Shown here in pieces: positions 12,951 to 42,600 of a stretch of DNA of 64,000 bases. A program made the translations under genes and the position numbers. Source of the stretch: Tubiluchus corallicola. Lineage: Eukaryota > Animalia > Priapulida. The notes below the pieces were generated by a model. It did no database searches. It was not told the DNA's origin and saw only the letters and a list, made by a program, of their open reading frames with translations. The stretch is taken from positions 1 through 64,000 of the forward strand of contig JAQGDQ010000866.1 of assembly GCA_030141605.1 (NCBI GenBank), in the 5' to 3' direction. Every line of letters starts with the position of its first letter. Position 1 is the first letter of the stretch.

Positions 12951-14899
12951 TATGGTTCATGAAGGTTTAAACCGTGTTCTAAGCTTTTAATTAAGGTATT
13001 TGTGTGATAAACATTAGTTGAATTGTAAGTATTATTTCATTTCATTTTACTAAGACCCGAGAGAAGAAATCCTTGTAAAATTGTTTATAATCTCTAACAG
13101 TACCTACTAGTTTGAGATGTGATTATCTGTTATAGATGCGTTATTGTCGGCTATAATCAAAGCCTGATTATGCTCTTTTGGGGCCCCTAGCTTAATGAAA
13201 TTATAGCGCCACCCTCTCACTCCCCAGCACCCTTTTGAAATTTCTTTTATTTGCAATATATTTTACCGACATTTACATAGCTTGAAGTAAACTTATTCTA
13301 ATTCTCTAAATAAACTATGATATCTACCTTTTGTATATCTTAAAAATATTCTTTAAGAAATACTATTGTATTGCAAACAACATTAGTATATATTTCAAAA
13401 CAACCGCAATGTTACTAAAGCTTGAGAGCCTTAAGCTAGAGGAACCCTAAGCTCCAGCCTATAGGATGATTCGGCTCCGGAGCCTATATTAAAAAAATGA
13501 ATGCCAGAATGGTCAAAATCTGCTGACCAAGGGGCAAGGAGTTAAGAAAGGTGTTTGCCGTTTGGTTTTGGAGCTAAGGATACCACGCTTAGCTGGTACA
13601 TGAACAGGGTTAGCCTAGGACGGTCAAGAAAAACTGTGTCGAACGATTATGTGTCGCATTGCTTCCAGCTTTCCCTTATTGCGCCTGGAAGTCGTTATTT
13701 TATGCGTGGGTTAGACACCTCTGTCAATTCACTGTCTCACCTCGGGGACGTTAGTCTTTTCAGTGACTAGATTCCGGTTCAACCACAACCATTCAGTGCA
13801 AGAAATAGGTCCACACTCACTGCTGGGTTCTAATTGTGCCGCTATTGCATAAAAATGTTTGGAAAAATCTTTCAAATCAGGGCCAAATTTTTCATAATCG
13901 AAAAGTGCATTTTTCGTAGTGCAGAAAAATACACAATTTAAAAACTCCTCGAGGACCAGATTTGAGGAAAGGACAAAACGATTTCACGGGCTATTCAAAA
14001 TTTGATAACAACAAATTTTGCGTAAATACATTTCAATCTACAAAAGGTGCATTCGCTGCAGAATATTTAAAAAACTTATATAGAAATTACATTATAATTT
14101 TTTTAATATTAATTTCAGTTTATGACATGTACTTTACGAGAAAGGAGTACCAGCCGTGCCATTTCTGGGTAAACGTTTCGTATAAGCATCATGAAATTTG
14201 GTTGCTTACACGAAAATTTTACCCATTTCTGACCACATTATTCAGTTATGCTCACCCGCTGATGCCCGTTTCGCTTACATTTGTGTAACTGGATGAACAT
14301 GGCTCTTGTATATCAGCTAGCATTAACAGCATGCTTGTGGTTTGTTAAAGATGCGAGTTAATAAAATATGTGTATATTTAGACAAATGGAGTTTTATCCT
14401 TGGCTAATACAGGAAACTGCAAATGCATTTGTTACTAAATTTTATAAGGGCTGTAACCGCTGCAGTAGCTGTTCACCCGTAATTTTCCCAAAGTCAGCAC
14501 AGTACTTATTTTTTCAGTTGTTGTTACTTTATTACTAAACAGAATTGATTTTAAGTAAAGTTAGGTGGCAATACGCGATTTTTCATTTCTTCATTGTTTC
14601 ATGTTTGTTCATTATTCTATTTTAGCTTTAAAGAAAAAATGGCGGATAAAGAAAATGCATCACTTTCTACAAAGCAGGAAAAACAGAAGCGTAAGAGCGA
14701 ATTCAAAAAACAACTGATTATTCTTCGTAATCGCTTGTATTTCCTGACAATTTGAGAGTCTACCTGACGACAACGACCTTGATTTACAGTATTACAGACC
14801 TGGTGGCTTGGGCTACACACCAAGATGCTACTGGTGTTTTCTAGGAGAAATTGTTGACGACTCTCATGTCGCTTACCCATTTCTTAGAAATTCCACACT

Positions 14900-15450
14900 T
14901 TTGCGTGACGTAACTGGGGGCGCAGGCTTGAGACTGTTACCAAGATAGCCCTGTCACCAAGACAGCCCTCTCACCGCCACAAATATAAATGTGGCTGATC
15001 TGAAAGTTGGAAACGCGGTGTGCGTTCGCTATGCTGAACAATACTTCTTCCTAGATTGGGCACAAATCGGGCTTTTTTACTACCACTGAATTTGATATTA
15101 GCTTGTCAAGCTTTTTCGTTTGAATTGTTTTCCATACTGATTACTGAAGCTAGCAAGTCGGAAGCTTGATAGCAACTGTTGCTGGTTCCCTGTTTCGCAG
15201 TACCAAGCAACAGTCCAGCATGGTGTTCACTATTAACTATCCACGCATGTTTCACTTTGTCGCGCAGCATGTAGATCTATGACGCGCAGCGAATAAATGT
15301 GTTTACATGGCAACGTCATCTCAGCAGAAGCAGTTGCTCAGGGAAACCCGCCATTGATTTACTTAGACGTGCAGGTGATTCGGTGTATTGCACGTCTAAT
15401 TGTAATGGTTTACCTGTTGTGTACTAACCGCACAAGCACGTCATGAATTT
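14900..15450. promoter_or_regulatory. CpG-enriched candidate promoter with clustered RFX X-box motifs
   Basis: GTTTACATGGCAAC (15301-15314) and GTTGCTCAGGGAAAC (15333-15347); weaker GTTACCAAGATAGC (14936), GTCACCAAGACAGC (14953) and half-sites TAGCAAC/AAGCAAC; lies upstream of a ciliary kinesin gene. Confidence 0.6.
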
Positions 15451-18400
15451 TTATAGTGTAAATATTTTGTGCAGTGTTATTTTCGCCATGTAATTGATCT
15501 ACGTCACAAGGTTGGGTATGATAATTTTATTTTGTGGCTTCTAATTCTTACAAACTTGTAGTCGTACCGACCGAAGTGTATATAAAAGTGGAAACTATTC
15601 ACGATAGCTGCTGGTTTATTCGTTTATTATATAAGCACAATTTGTATCTTACGCTCTCGCCACCATTGATAATGAACTGTTACAAATACTTACTAGTCTA
15701 CGCACTCAATGTGCAGTTAGGCATACTCTGTACCCATTGATTGTGCCCAGTAAATTGTAAAAAATATTTTTATTTCAGAGTAAATAAGTTTTATATCGGT
15801 TAAATCATCTTTTTGTTTTGTAACTGTAAGAGCGTGGGGAGAGATGGCAGAGTCATTATATATGTACAGATAGATTAATTATATAAAACCAAAAGACAGT
15901 GAATCAATTCTCAAGCTTTTGAGCATTATGATTATTAATTAAATAATATAAAAAGTGACTTAGGGCTGTTGTGTGACTGTGCATCATAGCATAACATTTA
16001 AATCGTAAAACTTGTTCTTACCTAAGTTCACTATAATTTATAAGCAAAGATTGGCATTAAAATGATATAAAAATTAATGAGTCAATTTTGCATAACACTT
16101 ATATTAGTCGTCTTCCTCCAAGCATTCTGTGGTTACAGTTAGAATGCCAAGTATGAGCACAACTACATAATGTTAACCTTGTATCGTTACTTATTGCAAG
16201 CAGCAGCTTATAAAGACATAGACATAGACATAGAACTTTTATTTTCTCCAATTAGTTTTACATCAAAAGTTTGTTAAATATTAAGTAATTATAGTCATAG
16301 AGCAGGGCAGGGAAGGACCATAGGGTCATCTTATAGATAATGCCCTTTCTTATAGATAGATTAGTTTATTAAAAGTAACTGCTAAAGCTAAGTGACATTG
16401 AAGGTTGAAGAAATATGTTGACCATATCAAGTGGATAACATGGTTTATCTTAATTATCTAGCGAGCTTGATATGCCTTATGACCCATTCCTGTTTTTCAC
16501 TAAAATTTCTTGAAATTAAAAAAAATGAAAAGCAAGTACAGGTTTTGAAGATCAATAGCGTTTTAAGTCTGGGTGCCTTGAAAGAACAGAACTGATTAAC
16601 ATACCTTAGGAATTAGCAAGCGCTCTAATACAAAGTTCAGACATTTATAATAAGATGTAGATACCTATATTTTAATAGTGACAGTACATCAAGTGCAATG
16701 CAAAATGTTAAATTAACATTTACTGAATCAGCTTGAAGCTCTGCTGATTCCTGCCTTAAATCAAAAATAGTTCTATTTTGGTGTTGATATAGTTTAGTGA
16801 CCTACTCCTTCTTGATCGTAAGCCTGAACTAAAATGTATTGCACGAGGGTCAATTCTGAATACAGTGATGGTTTAGTTTTTTATTTTTTTCTATGTCAAT
16901 CACACGAATGTTGCAATTCTACAGACGAGTTAAGCTGTATTAAACTACTGCTAAGCGACGGCTGGTATCAACGCTAATCGTTGCCATAGAAGAGTTTGTT
17001 ATACCTGCCTGCGTCTGTTATTGATTCAGATACGATCAATTCTTTTACCTGCTCTTTCAAAATCACCAAGGCAGGCAATGTTTGTTCATTAACTCGAGTA
17101 ACTGATAATGCGTCAAACGGTGTTTGGTTGCGGGGGCAGTGTTTGGGCTTTACGGTGACAAACAAAGTCATCATTTTTTGCTTAGCATAACAGTTTATTG
17201 CTTGTATACCATCTTCACGTCATGTGTCCCTTAGTCATTTACTTCATATCTGACACTGAGACGCCATTACCCAAAATTATACATTTTATCTGAAACAAGA
17301 TATATAAATTCCTTTAATAAACTAATTCATTTTTTATCAAAAGATCGATTACGATTAAGTGAAATTAATGAGAGACTTACAGTAAATAACTAAATAAAAT
17401 TTACATACATCGTTGGCATTAAATCGTGAGTTACACAGAAACACGTCATCACTTGAACACATTGAAACTTGAATGACTGGAAATTGACTAGGATGCAAAT
17501 ATTGAAGCCAGATGTCGCCACTTGTAACTGTAAAACGATATATTAAATTTAACAAACAAAAATCCTTGACAGGCAGTGTTTTAGTATGGCTGAGAGATTC
17601 TCGGATTTAGATGTTTCTTTTTGAGAAAAGTGATGTAGAAACTGTTTTAGTAGTAAAAGCATTGAAAATTACAATGTTTGTAACTGCGTAACACTGTACT
17701 CGTCAATAATGAACCAAATGTACAGACCTGCACTTGTTAGTTAATGTTTCCGAAAACAGATATTTTAAAGGTTGGACCTGTTGTACGAAATTCCACGAAT
17801 AAAAATTAATTTTTTCATTTGGTCAGTTTGATGGTCCCCCGTATATCGCCCGTAGTATTTGAAGGTTGACAGTAAGTTTTTCCATACATGTCAATGACAC
17901 ATAGACAATAAAACCCACATAAAAAAGGTTAAAAACTGCAATTAAATTTAATAACTAACTGATAATTGAAATTTTAATTTAGGTGATATTTAAATCTCAC
18001 AATAAAGAACCTAAGTTCTTTTTACATTTGAAAGGCAGTTAGCTATTCAATTTCTGACTGAAGCCTTTAATTTCTCCTGTTAGTATAAAGCAATTATATT
18101 TTGATGGTAAGGTAGGCTTTTTATGCAGGCCACCGAAAAAATCAAATTTTTATTAAATGATCAAAATACAATTTTTATGGCTAATTAAACTGTCTTTTAA
18201 GCCTACTTTAATGCCACAAGAATGCATGAAAATGAATGTTATCTGGGCTGAGCAATAAGGAGGGTCACTGTGCTGTGCATCTACTTCCTATATCTGCTCC
18301 TGTTTTGTTCATAGACATATTTTGTTGATTTAATCTAACGAGGCAGCTGATCATTTGGATGACGCGTTTGTTGAGGAAATTATCCGAATGAACTGCGTTA

Positions 18401-18584
18401 TTTGTAATTATGTTTCAGCTGGATTTATTTTGCAATAGGAAATAGGCATATTTTTGATCATATATCAAAAATATTTAGGTTGTGAATAGATCCTGTGCAT
18501 GGTTCCTAGCCTCTGCATGTTGATCTAAAAATATGATGAAATGAAATATCATAAATAAATTTATAGGCAAATGAACACAGAAGG

Positions 18585-18970
18585 TAAATGACTGAATGAC
18601 TGACTGACTAACTGATCAACCAAATGCAAAAATGAATGAATGAGTGAATGAATGAAGATATAAACGAGTGAATGGATGAATGAATGAAGATATGAATGAG
18701 TGAATGGATGAATGAATGAAGATATGAATGAGTGAATGGTTGAATGATGAAGACATGAATGAATGAAGGCATGAATGAATGAAGGCATGAATGAATGAAT
18801 GAATGAAGAAATGAATGAGTGAATAAATGAAGATGTGAACGAATGAATGAATGAATGAATGAATGAATGAATGAATGAATGAATGAATGGGATGAATGAA
18901 TGAATTGATGAGTGAATCAATTAATCAATCAATCAATAAGTGAGTGACTATAAATGTATGAATGGAATAA
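18585..18970. repeat. (GAAT)n microsatellite
   Basis: Direct inspection. Confidence 0.95.
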
Positions 18971-19391
18971 ACTGAATTCATGAAGGAAGTAGCAAAATTC
19001 AACTAGCACTAGCTTGTCAAGTGCCATAGAAAACAGTCAAAAACATTTCAGAATTTGGAATGAAATCAACGTTAAAATATGTCACTCCTGATCAGTAGAC
19101 AAGCAAATTTTTAAATGTCTAACGGTCTTTCACTTTATTTCTAGGCAATCTTAGAATTTGGCAGGCTTTTCAGAGTGTAAGAGTGGGAACACTGATTTTC
19201 GCCTTTCCGTTTTCTCATTAATTAAGTCAGAATCGTAGCCAATTCAGTCCAAAACATAGGCCCGACATTCTAATAAGCCAAACTAACAGCTAATTCACTA
19301 CACAGATGAGGTATTAATCTAAGGCAGATGGTTTTCCATGCTCTTTATGCATATGCCAGATCTAATTCTTGTCCAAGATTAAACCCATTTC

Positions 19392-19405
19392 GTTACCATG
19401 GAGAC
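19392..19405. promoter_or_regulatory. RFX X-box-like motif
   Basis: GTTACCATGGAGAC. Confidence 0.45.
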
Positions 19406-19869
19406 CGAAAGTTGAACAGTGTACGTTTACCTGCAGAGGCAGGGTGCACAAAACATTTGCAATGATCAACATAATCAATGGTAGTGTGCATTAACTTGAA
19501 TGAAGTGAAAGGAAATTCTACTGAGTGCTATAAGAAATTTTTCCGATTCATTTAACAGATTTATACCGCTGTTTAATGTGATACGAGTGTTCGTGCATGC
19601 GAAGGGCACTCAAGAAAGTGCGCTTGAAAGGCTGTTAAAGAAATAATTTACTTGTTATGGTTAGTGTGGCAACTCACGAAATAACTTGCTTTAGAAAACT
19701 GGATTTAATATAAAGACAGATTTATTGACGATTTACAATTCATACCATTACAGTTACAAGTTACAAAACATTATATGAACAATGCAATCCCTTACAATGT
19801 AGGAAAAAACTACACAGACAAAACCGCACACATGGGGGTATAATCGTCAACACAATACACAATAAAACA

Positions 19870-19882
19870 CAATAATAATAAT

Positions 19883-19918
<36 letters not shown>

Positions 19919-20112
19919 AATAACAATAATAATATTAATAATAATAATAATAATAATAATGGACGACCCAAGCTGAGATGGCCAACAACAGGAATGCATG
20001 GAGAAGACTTATTCACAACGGCGACCCCGCATAGGGAAAAGCTGGGAAGAAGAAGAAGAATAACAATAATAATAATAATAATAATAATAATAGTAGTAAT
20101 AGTAATAATAGT
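19870..20112. repeat. (AAT/AAC)n microsatellite interrupted by a roughly 100-bp RTE-type LINE 3' end (19961-20060)
   Basis: Insert encodes ...NRNAWRRLIHNGDPA* followed by a (GAA)n tail, typical of RTE-clade 3' termini. Confidence 0.7.
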
Positions 20113-21229
20113 AAATGTTATTTATAGCGGTTAAATATTTCAATTATATTACATCATGTTAAGTCGTATATATTTTATTGTAATATATAATATATTATGT
20201 TATAAACCTACCTTGCCATGTGTGAAGAAAATTAAATCAATTTTTGAATCTTTGATGTTGTTTTATTGTTTTAAAGATCCTGCAATTAAAACAAGGCATT
20301 TTCTTTGAAAGCTTTCAACAGTTTAGGTCAGAAAAGGTTTAGAGGTCAAATTTAACATAAGAACAAGTTTCCTTTAATTAAAGGACCTAACTGTAACTTA
20401 AAATTTGGCAGTAATTCTATGAAAGTTGCATTTGCACTTTCAGGGCAAATTGTTTATACTTTTGCGTTCCCGTGACCCCATCTTTCTTTCATTAGCTTCA
20501 TTATAACTCATTCCATTTTTGTAGTTTAACATCAATATCAAACACATCATAACCAACTTGTCCCACCCTTTTGCACACAGCTATTCAAAAAACAAGTTAC
20601 AAATGTTCTAAATTTCGCTCTTACTTAATGCATAACTAGCAGTTCTTGCAATTGTGTGCCTATTAAGCTTATTATAAGTGACGTATCTACTCTCCGAAAG
20701 GCTTTTATATAGGTTATACCTGTTGGCCAATCAGCATTTCATTAAGTGCCCGTTGTATTTATTATAAATGTACTTATGATTATAATGTTTCTTATCAAAT
20801 AAAAAATATTGTTTATCTAAGTTGTCTAAGTTGCATTTTCCCCCCTCCCCCAAAAAATTCAGTTTCGTTTTGCTCTTGAATCTTCGGAAAATTGCAGGCC
20901 AAACCCCTGTGCTAACAACACCTTTCTTGGATACCGCATTGTTTCTGAGGCACTGCATTTGTAGACAATGCTACACAGTGAAGTGTGACACGCTACCGTA
21001 ACTAAGGACTGGATTTTGCTGATGTCATCTAACGAGTAGAACTTATGAAATCAAGTTCCCGGCTTTCTTCAGAAATGACACCTTCACACCCGATTTCCTC
21101 TTTTATAAACCAATAAGAAAAGTGTATCAGAAAGTCTTAGTGAGGGTATTTTCTTTCTGTTTTGTGTAAAACGTGAACATCACAAAGTACCTTTTAAGTC
21201 AAGCCTACTGGCTTTATTCTGATCTCTAA

Positions 21230-22100
21230 TGTCACTGTTGAAAAAAGTCACATGTTAAATGTTTGGGAATATTTCTTGATGAGCATCTAGACTGAGAGTA
21301 CAAATAAGCATAATAAATCATAAATTGAGTAAAACCATAGGAATCATATGTAAATTACGTAAGTTTGTTAATAGAGAAACATTGATGAAAATCTATTACA
21401 GTCTAGTTTACCGATATCTAATATATGGTGTCATGTCTTGGGGTAGTGTACATAAAAGTAATCTGGAAGCTTTATAAATTACTAACAACAAAATTCTCAA
21501 ACAATATATCATGTAAGGTATGACCAGCCCACAAATATAATTTATTTGTCTGTTAAAACTCTTAAAATGAAAGAAATATATGACATGCATTGTCTTCATT
21601 TCATATATCAGTATCATAATTCACTTCTTCCACCAGCTTTTCACTCATACTTTAGTCCAGTTTCAAATCAACATGATCATTACACAAGATATTCAGTCAG
21701 AAACTATGTACTCCCTCTTTCAAAAACAAATATAATGAAACAGTCATCAAAATATAATGCCATTAAAATATGGTGATCAATTACCCATAAAATGAAAACT
21801 CTTATCTTTATCAACTTAAAAAAGCATCAAAGAATTACTTACTACAAGGATATAATTAACTCACAATTTTATTCATCCTGATCTTAAGTTGCTAACAAAA
21901 CTCATTTTGTTTTAATGTATGTTATAATTGTCAATTGTTCCACTTATCTGGAGGAGGACTCAAAAGCATAATGATCCTTCCTCCTCCTCACAGTGACTCG
22001 TTTATTTTATTTCATAATGTAATAAGAATTTGTATGTATGTTTGTAACTACAATTTGCTGTGGAATAAATTCATAATTCATAAAAAAATTCATAATTAAA
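21230..22100 (+). mobile_element. 5'-truncated degenerate LINE (CR1/L2/Crack-like) 3' end
   Basis: LGIFLDEHL, YYSLVYRYLIYGVMSWG-like and YHNSLLPPAFHSYF segments; hairpin ggaggagga...tcctcctcc; AATAAA and (TTCATAA)n tail. Confidence 0.75.
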
Positions 22101-22299
22101 TAAATATATTTACAAACAGTTTAGGTCAAAAATAATTTTTTTGTTTTTTAAGCTTGAATAGCTGAGCTGCGAAACGATGTGATGTTTTTGGCTCAAAGAC
22201 ACCAGTCATGATTACCTAAACGTAGCAGATTCAAACTTTACACAGCTTACCAGAAGAGCATCAAAGCATTCTATTGTTCCATTCGCATAAGTTCAAACA

Positions 22300-38988
<16,689 letters not shown>

Positions 38989-39165
38989 GTAAGTGTGACT
39001 TGGTCGAAAGCATGAAAACTCCTAAGTTACAGCGAAAAATTGCTTTTGCCAATTTTGCCTTGCATTTTCAACTCATTTTAGCTATTTACAGTGTTGCAGA
39101 ATGATGCATTTACATGTAAGTGTCCCTAAGACAGCCACCTTAATAATGAAATAGGCAGTGGTTCC

Positions 39166-39577
39166 TGTGAAGACGATATTGAATACTGGTATAAACAACT
39201 AAACACAAGATTAAATATTTGCACAAGAACTGAAACACTTTTATTGCACTAAATACACATGAGTAAAATGCACAAGTAGAATGATGATCACAACTGCTGC
39301 ACAGCACTGAGTGTGTGACAGAGAGACAGTGTGTAACATGACTGCACTGCCTGAGACAGAGAGTGACTAGCAGTGAAATCTAGCCAGTTTATATATGTAG
39401 AGAAGTATGCAAGAACATGGCTTCACATATCCCATTACAGAAAAATAGGGGAGATACAGTGAGTTTGAATATTCATTGGAACATACAATTGCATTAAGGG
39501 GTGAATTCAACTAGTAAATGTTTAAAGTAACGAATCAATAGATGGCAGCACCTAAATATACAGTTATAACTTTCACA
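39166..39577 (-). repeat. 3' LTR of the BEL/Pao element
   Basis: tgtgaagacg...ctttcaca; matches 44699-45118; adjacent PPT reads aaggtgggagga on the minus strand (39578-39589). Confidence 0.95.
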
Positions 39578-39683
39578 TCCTCCCACCTTGAAACGAAAAT
39601 AATTAGAGTGTCAATACATGTCAATACAATACAAAATGTCAAATAAATGAAACAATGCAAATTAGGAGGTATGTCATTAAAGA

Positions 39684-42600
39684 TCAGGTGCATTCTAAGG
39701 GGTAGAGGAGACAAAGGGGACGGCGAGTAAGGCGTCCGTGACTCCTGATGTAGGCGGCTCGTGGATTTCCGTCTCGACCGGGAATCAGTGATTCGATCCT
39801 CCCTAGTGGCCAACGCCATCGAGGTAGAGGCTTGGAATGGACGAGAACGATGTCTCCTTCCTTCGGAGTAGCTGGAGATCTTGTCTTGGTTCTCCATTGT
39901 CATAAGGATAGAAGGTACTCGTTCCTCCATCTGGACCAAAGATGTGTGCTGATGGTGAGACGATGTTTCCATCTCCTCTGTAGATCTTCAGGAGGTGGTG
40001 AATCGTGGATGCCTATGTCCAAAAGTGCTGGTGGAGTAGCTCCAAAGATGAAGTGTCCTGGAGTCAAAGGTTCATCTCCGGACAAAACGAGAGGGCACCG
40101 ATTGATGCGTTCCTCTAACTCTGTGACCACTGTGGTGAGTTCAGTCAGAGATAAAGATGTGCTGCCAAGTGTCTGGCGACAAGAACGTTTGATAGTTCCG
40201 ATGAGTCTTTCCCAGTAACCTCCCCACCAGGGTGCAGCTTCAGGGATGAAGGTCCAGGTTAGACTCCTCTGCATGTGTTTCGCCAAGCTGACGAATGATC
40301 GAGCGTTGTCGCTGTAGAATTGTGCGGGTCCACGGCGTGCTAAGAACCGACGAATAGCTAGTCCAGTGTCCTTCTCATTGAGTGAGGTGACAACTTCCAT
40401 GTGTATGGCTCTAGTGACGGCACATGTGAACAGAAGAACCCATGATTTGGTCTGGTCGCCAAGATACAATGGGCCGAAGTGATCAAGTCCAGTATGCGCA
40501 AATGGTCGCGCTTCTGTGACTCTGAATGGTGGAAGACTGCCTTCAGTAGAAGTGTATGGTCGTCCTTGAAGCTTCTTGCAGGAAACGCACTTCTGGAGAA
40601 TCTTCTTGACAGTCCTGTGAGGCTTTGGGAGCCAGTAGCATTTGCTAACTTCTGTAGCTGTTGTGGAAACGCCTTGATGATAAAGTTTGTGATGACAATC
40701 CATGATGATAAGTGATGTAAGTGGCGAGCCTGGGTGTAACCAAGGTATCATCTGCTCACCATTTCTCGGTGTACACATAATGAGTTGAAGAGATTTGGAC
40801 CACTGCGGACGAGCATTCCAAAGTGAAGAAGAGGGAGTTACATCACCATCTTTTTGCAAGTTAAGTATGTCTGCAGAGTTGTAAACATACTGACTGTCTC
40901 TGAGAAGAGCGTTTATCGCCTTGACTCTCTCGTGTGGCGTAAGTGGTCCGCCGACGCGAGTTGACTTGAGGAGTCGTGAATTATGAACGAATCTGAGCAC
41001 ATAAGAGGTTATGTTTATAGCTCGTTGTAAGGAAGACCATCGGTCCACAGGAAAAAGTGGTGTCTTCTCTGAGTCTGTAAGAGGAGTTGTTACAGTGAGC
41101 AAAGTGGAGGACTTCTGTTCGCAGACAGAGTAGTTCGACTCCTCCCTGAGTGTGAGAAAAGGTGGACCATGTCTCCAAAGGTCCAGGTGTTGCAAGTAGA
41201 GTAGCTTGCAACCTCGAGTTGGCAGATCTGCGGGATTCTGCGAACTAGGTACGTGAGACCACTCGCATGCTTGCGAGAGTGTGTGGATCTCACGAACTCG
41301 ATTCCTCACGAACACGTCTTTTGGCATACTGCGTATCCATCCGAGTGTTACCATTGAGTCCGAGTAGAAATGTCTGAGACATGATGATAGGACTGGTACA
41401 TGCTGCTGGATGTAAGTCCCTAGACGAGCCCCAAGAAGAGCAGCCATCAGCTCTAAACGTGGAAGAGTCAGAGTCTGTGGTTTAAGTGGGGCTAGTTTGC
41501 TCTTCGAAATGAGTAAGTCGACATTGGTGTCTGTCTTGATGTACGCAACAGCTGCATAAGCTGCCTCACTAGAATCACAAAGGATGTGAAGTTCAGAGTG
41601 TGAAGTCATTGGTACGTATCGAGGAAAGTGTATCCTGGATTCGTGTTGCTGTGTTTCCTCAATGAAACGACCCCATTGTACTGCAGTACTGGAAGGTAGT
41701 TCATCTTCCCAGTTGAGTGACTCTCTCCAGAGTGACTGAAAGAGAATCCTGAGACGTATGGTGAAGGGGGAAATAAATCCCAGAGGATCGAAAATCTTGG
41801 AGATTTCGGCTAGCATTTGACGCTTAGTGATGGGAGGTTCAGATGAAAGCTTCAGGCTGGCGGCTATGGTATCAGATTGATGGCACCAGCTGAGGCCAAG
41901 AACTTTGGTAAAGTCATCAGTGTTGCACTCCCACCGTTCTCTTGTAGAAGAGGAAGAAGTCTGCCAAGCACGAAGGTTCATGCCGGCACTGGCGAAGGCT
42001 TGAATAGCTTCGGATTTGAATGAATCGATGTCGGTTTCGTAGTCGCAACCGGATACGAGATTGTCGACATACATATTGTGCCTAAGAGAGGTGACTGTTG
42101 AAGTCGCCGGTAGGCTGTCTAGATGCATCGCAATGATGGCATGAAGAATGGCGGGGCTTGCAGAACAAATCTGCTGACGTGCTGTTTGCCGTCCAAGTCC
42201 CAAATGAATTTGAGAAATTCTCGATCTGGAGGCGAGATTCCAATCATCAGGAAGGCTTTCTCGATATCAGCAATTAGACCAATTTGGTGACTGCGGAAAC
42301 GTACCAGAATGGCTAAAAGGTCGCTGAGCATGTTGGGACCGGTTACCAGACAATCGTTGATGCTGAGGCCAATGGTAGGCTTTGCTGAGCCGTTGAAAAC
42401 AACTCGCAACTTTGTTCCTTGGATGAGACTATGATGGGGTAGGAAATTGCCACCATCTGTGTTAGGTGCGTCTTCAATGATTCCAAGGGTTTGCCACTCT
42501 TTTAAAGAGTCTCTGTATCGATGTTGCCGTTCTGGAGGCAACCTGTAGAAAGATCGACTATGTGCCAAGGCTTGTTGTTTAGTGAACTGTGGACGTTCGA

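Noticed and set aside
38989-39104. Read-through of the last KIF17 exon to TGA 39104 as the true C-terminus
   Set aside because: A consensus gtaagt donor interrupts it and the extension looks intronic; not fully excluded without transcript data
42119-42203. Programmed gag-pol ribosomal frameshift
   Set aside because: The break is inside RT and removes conserved residues; no slippery heptamer is evident
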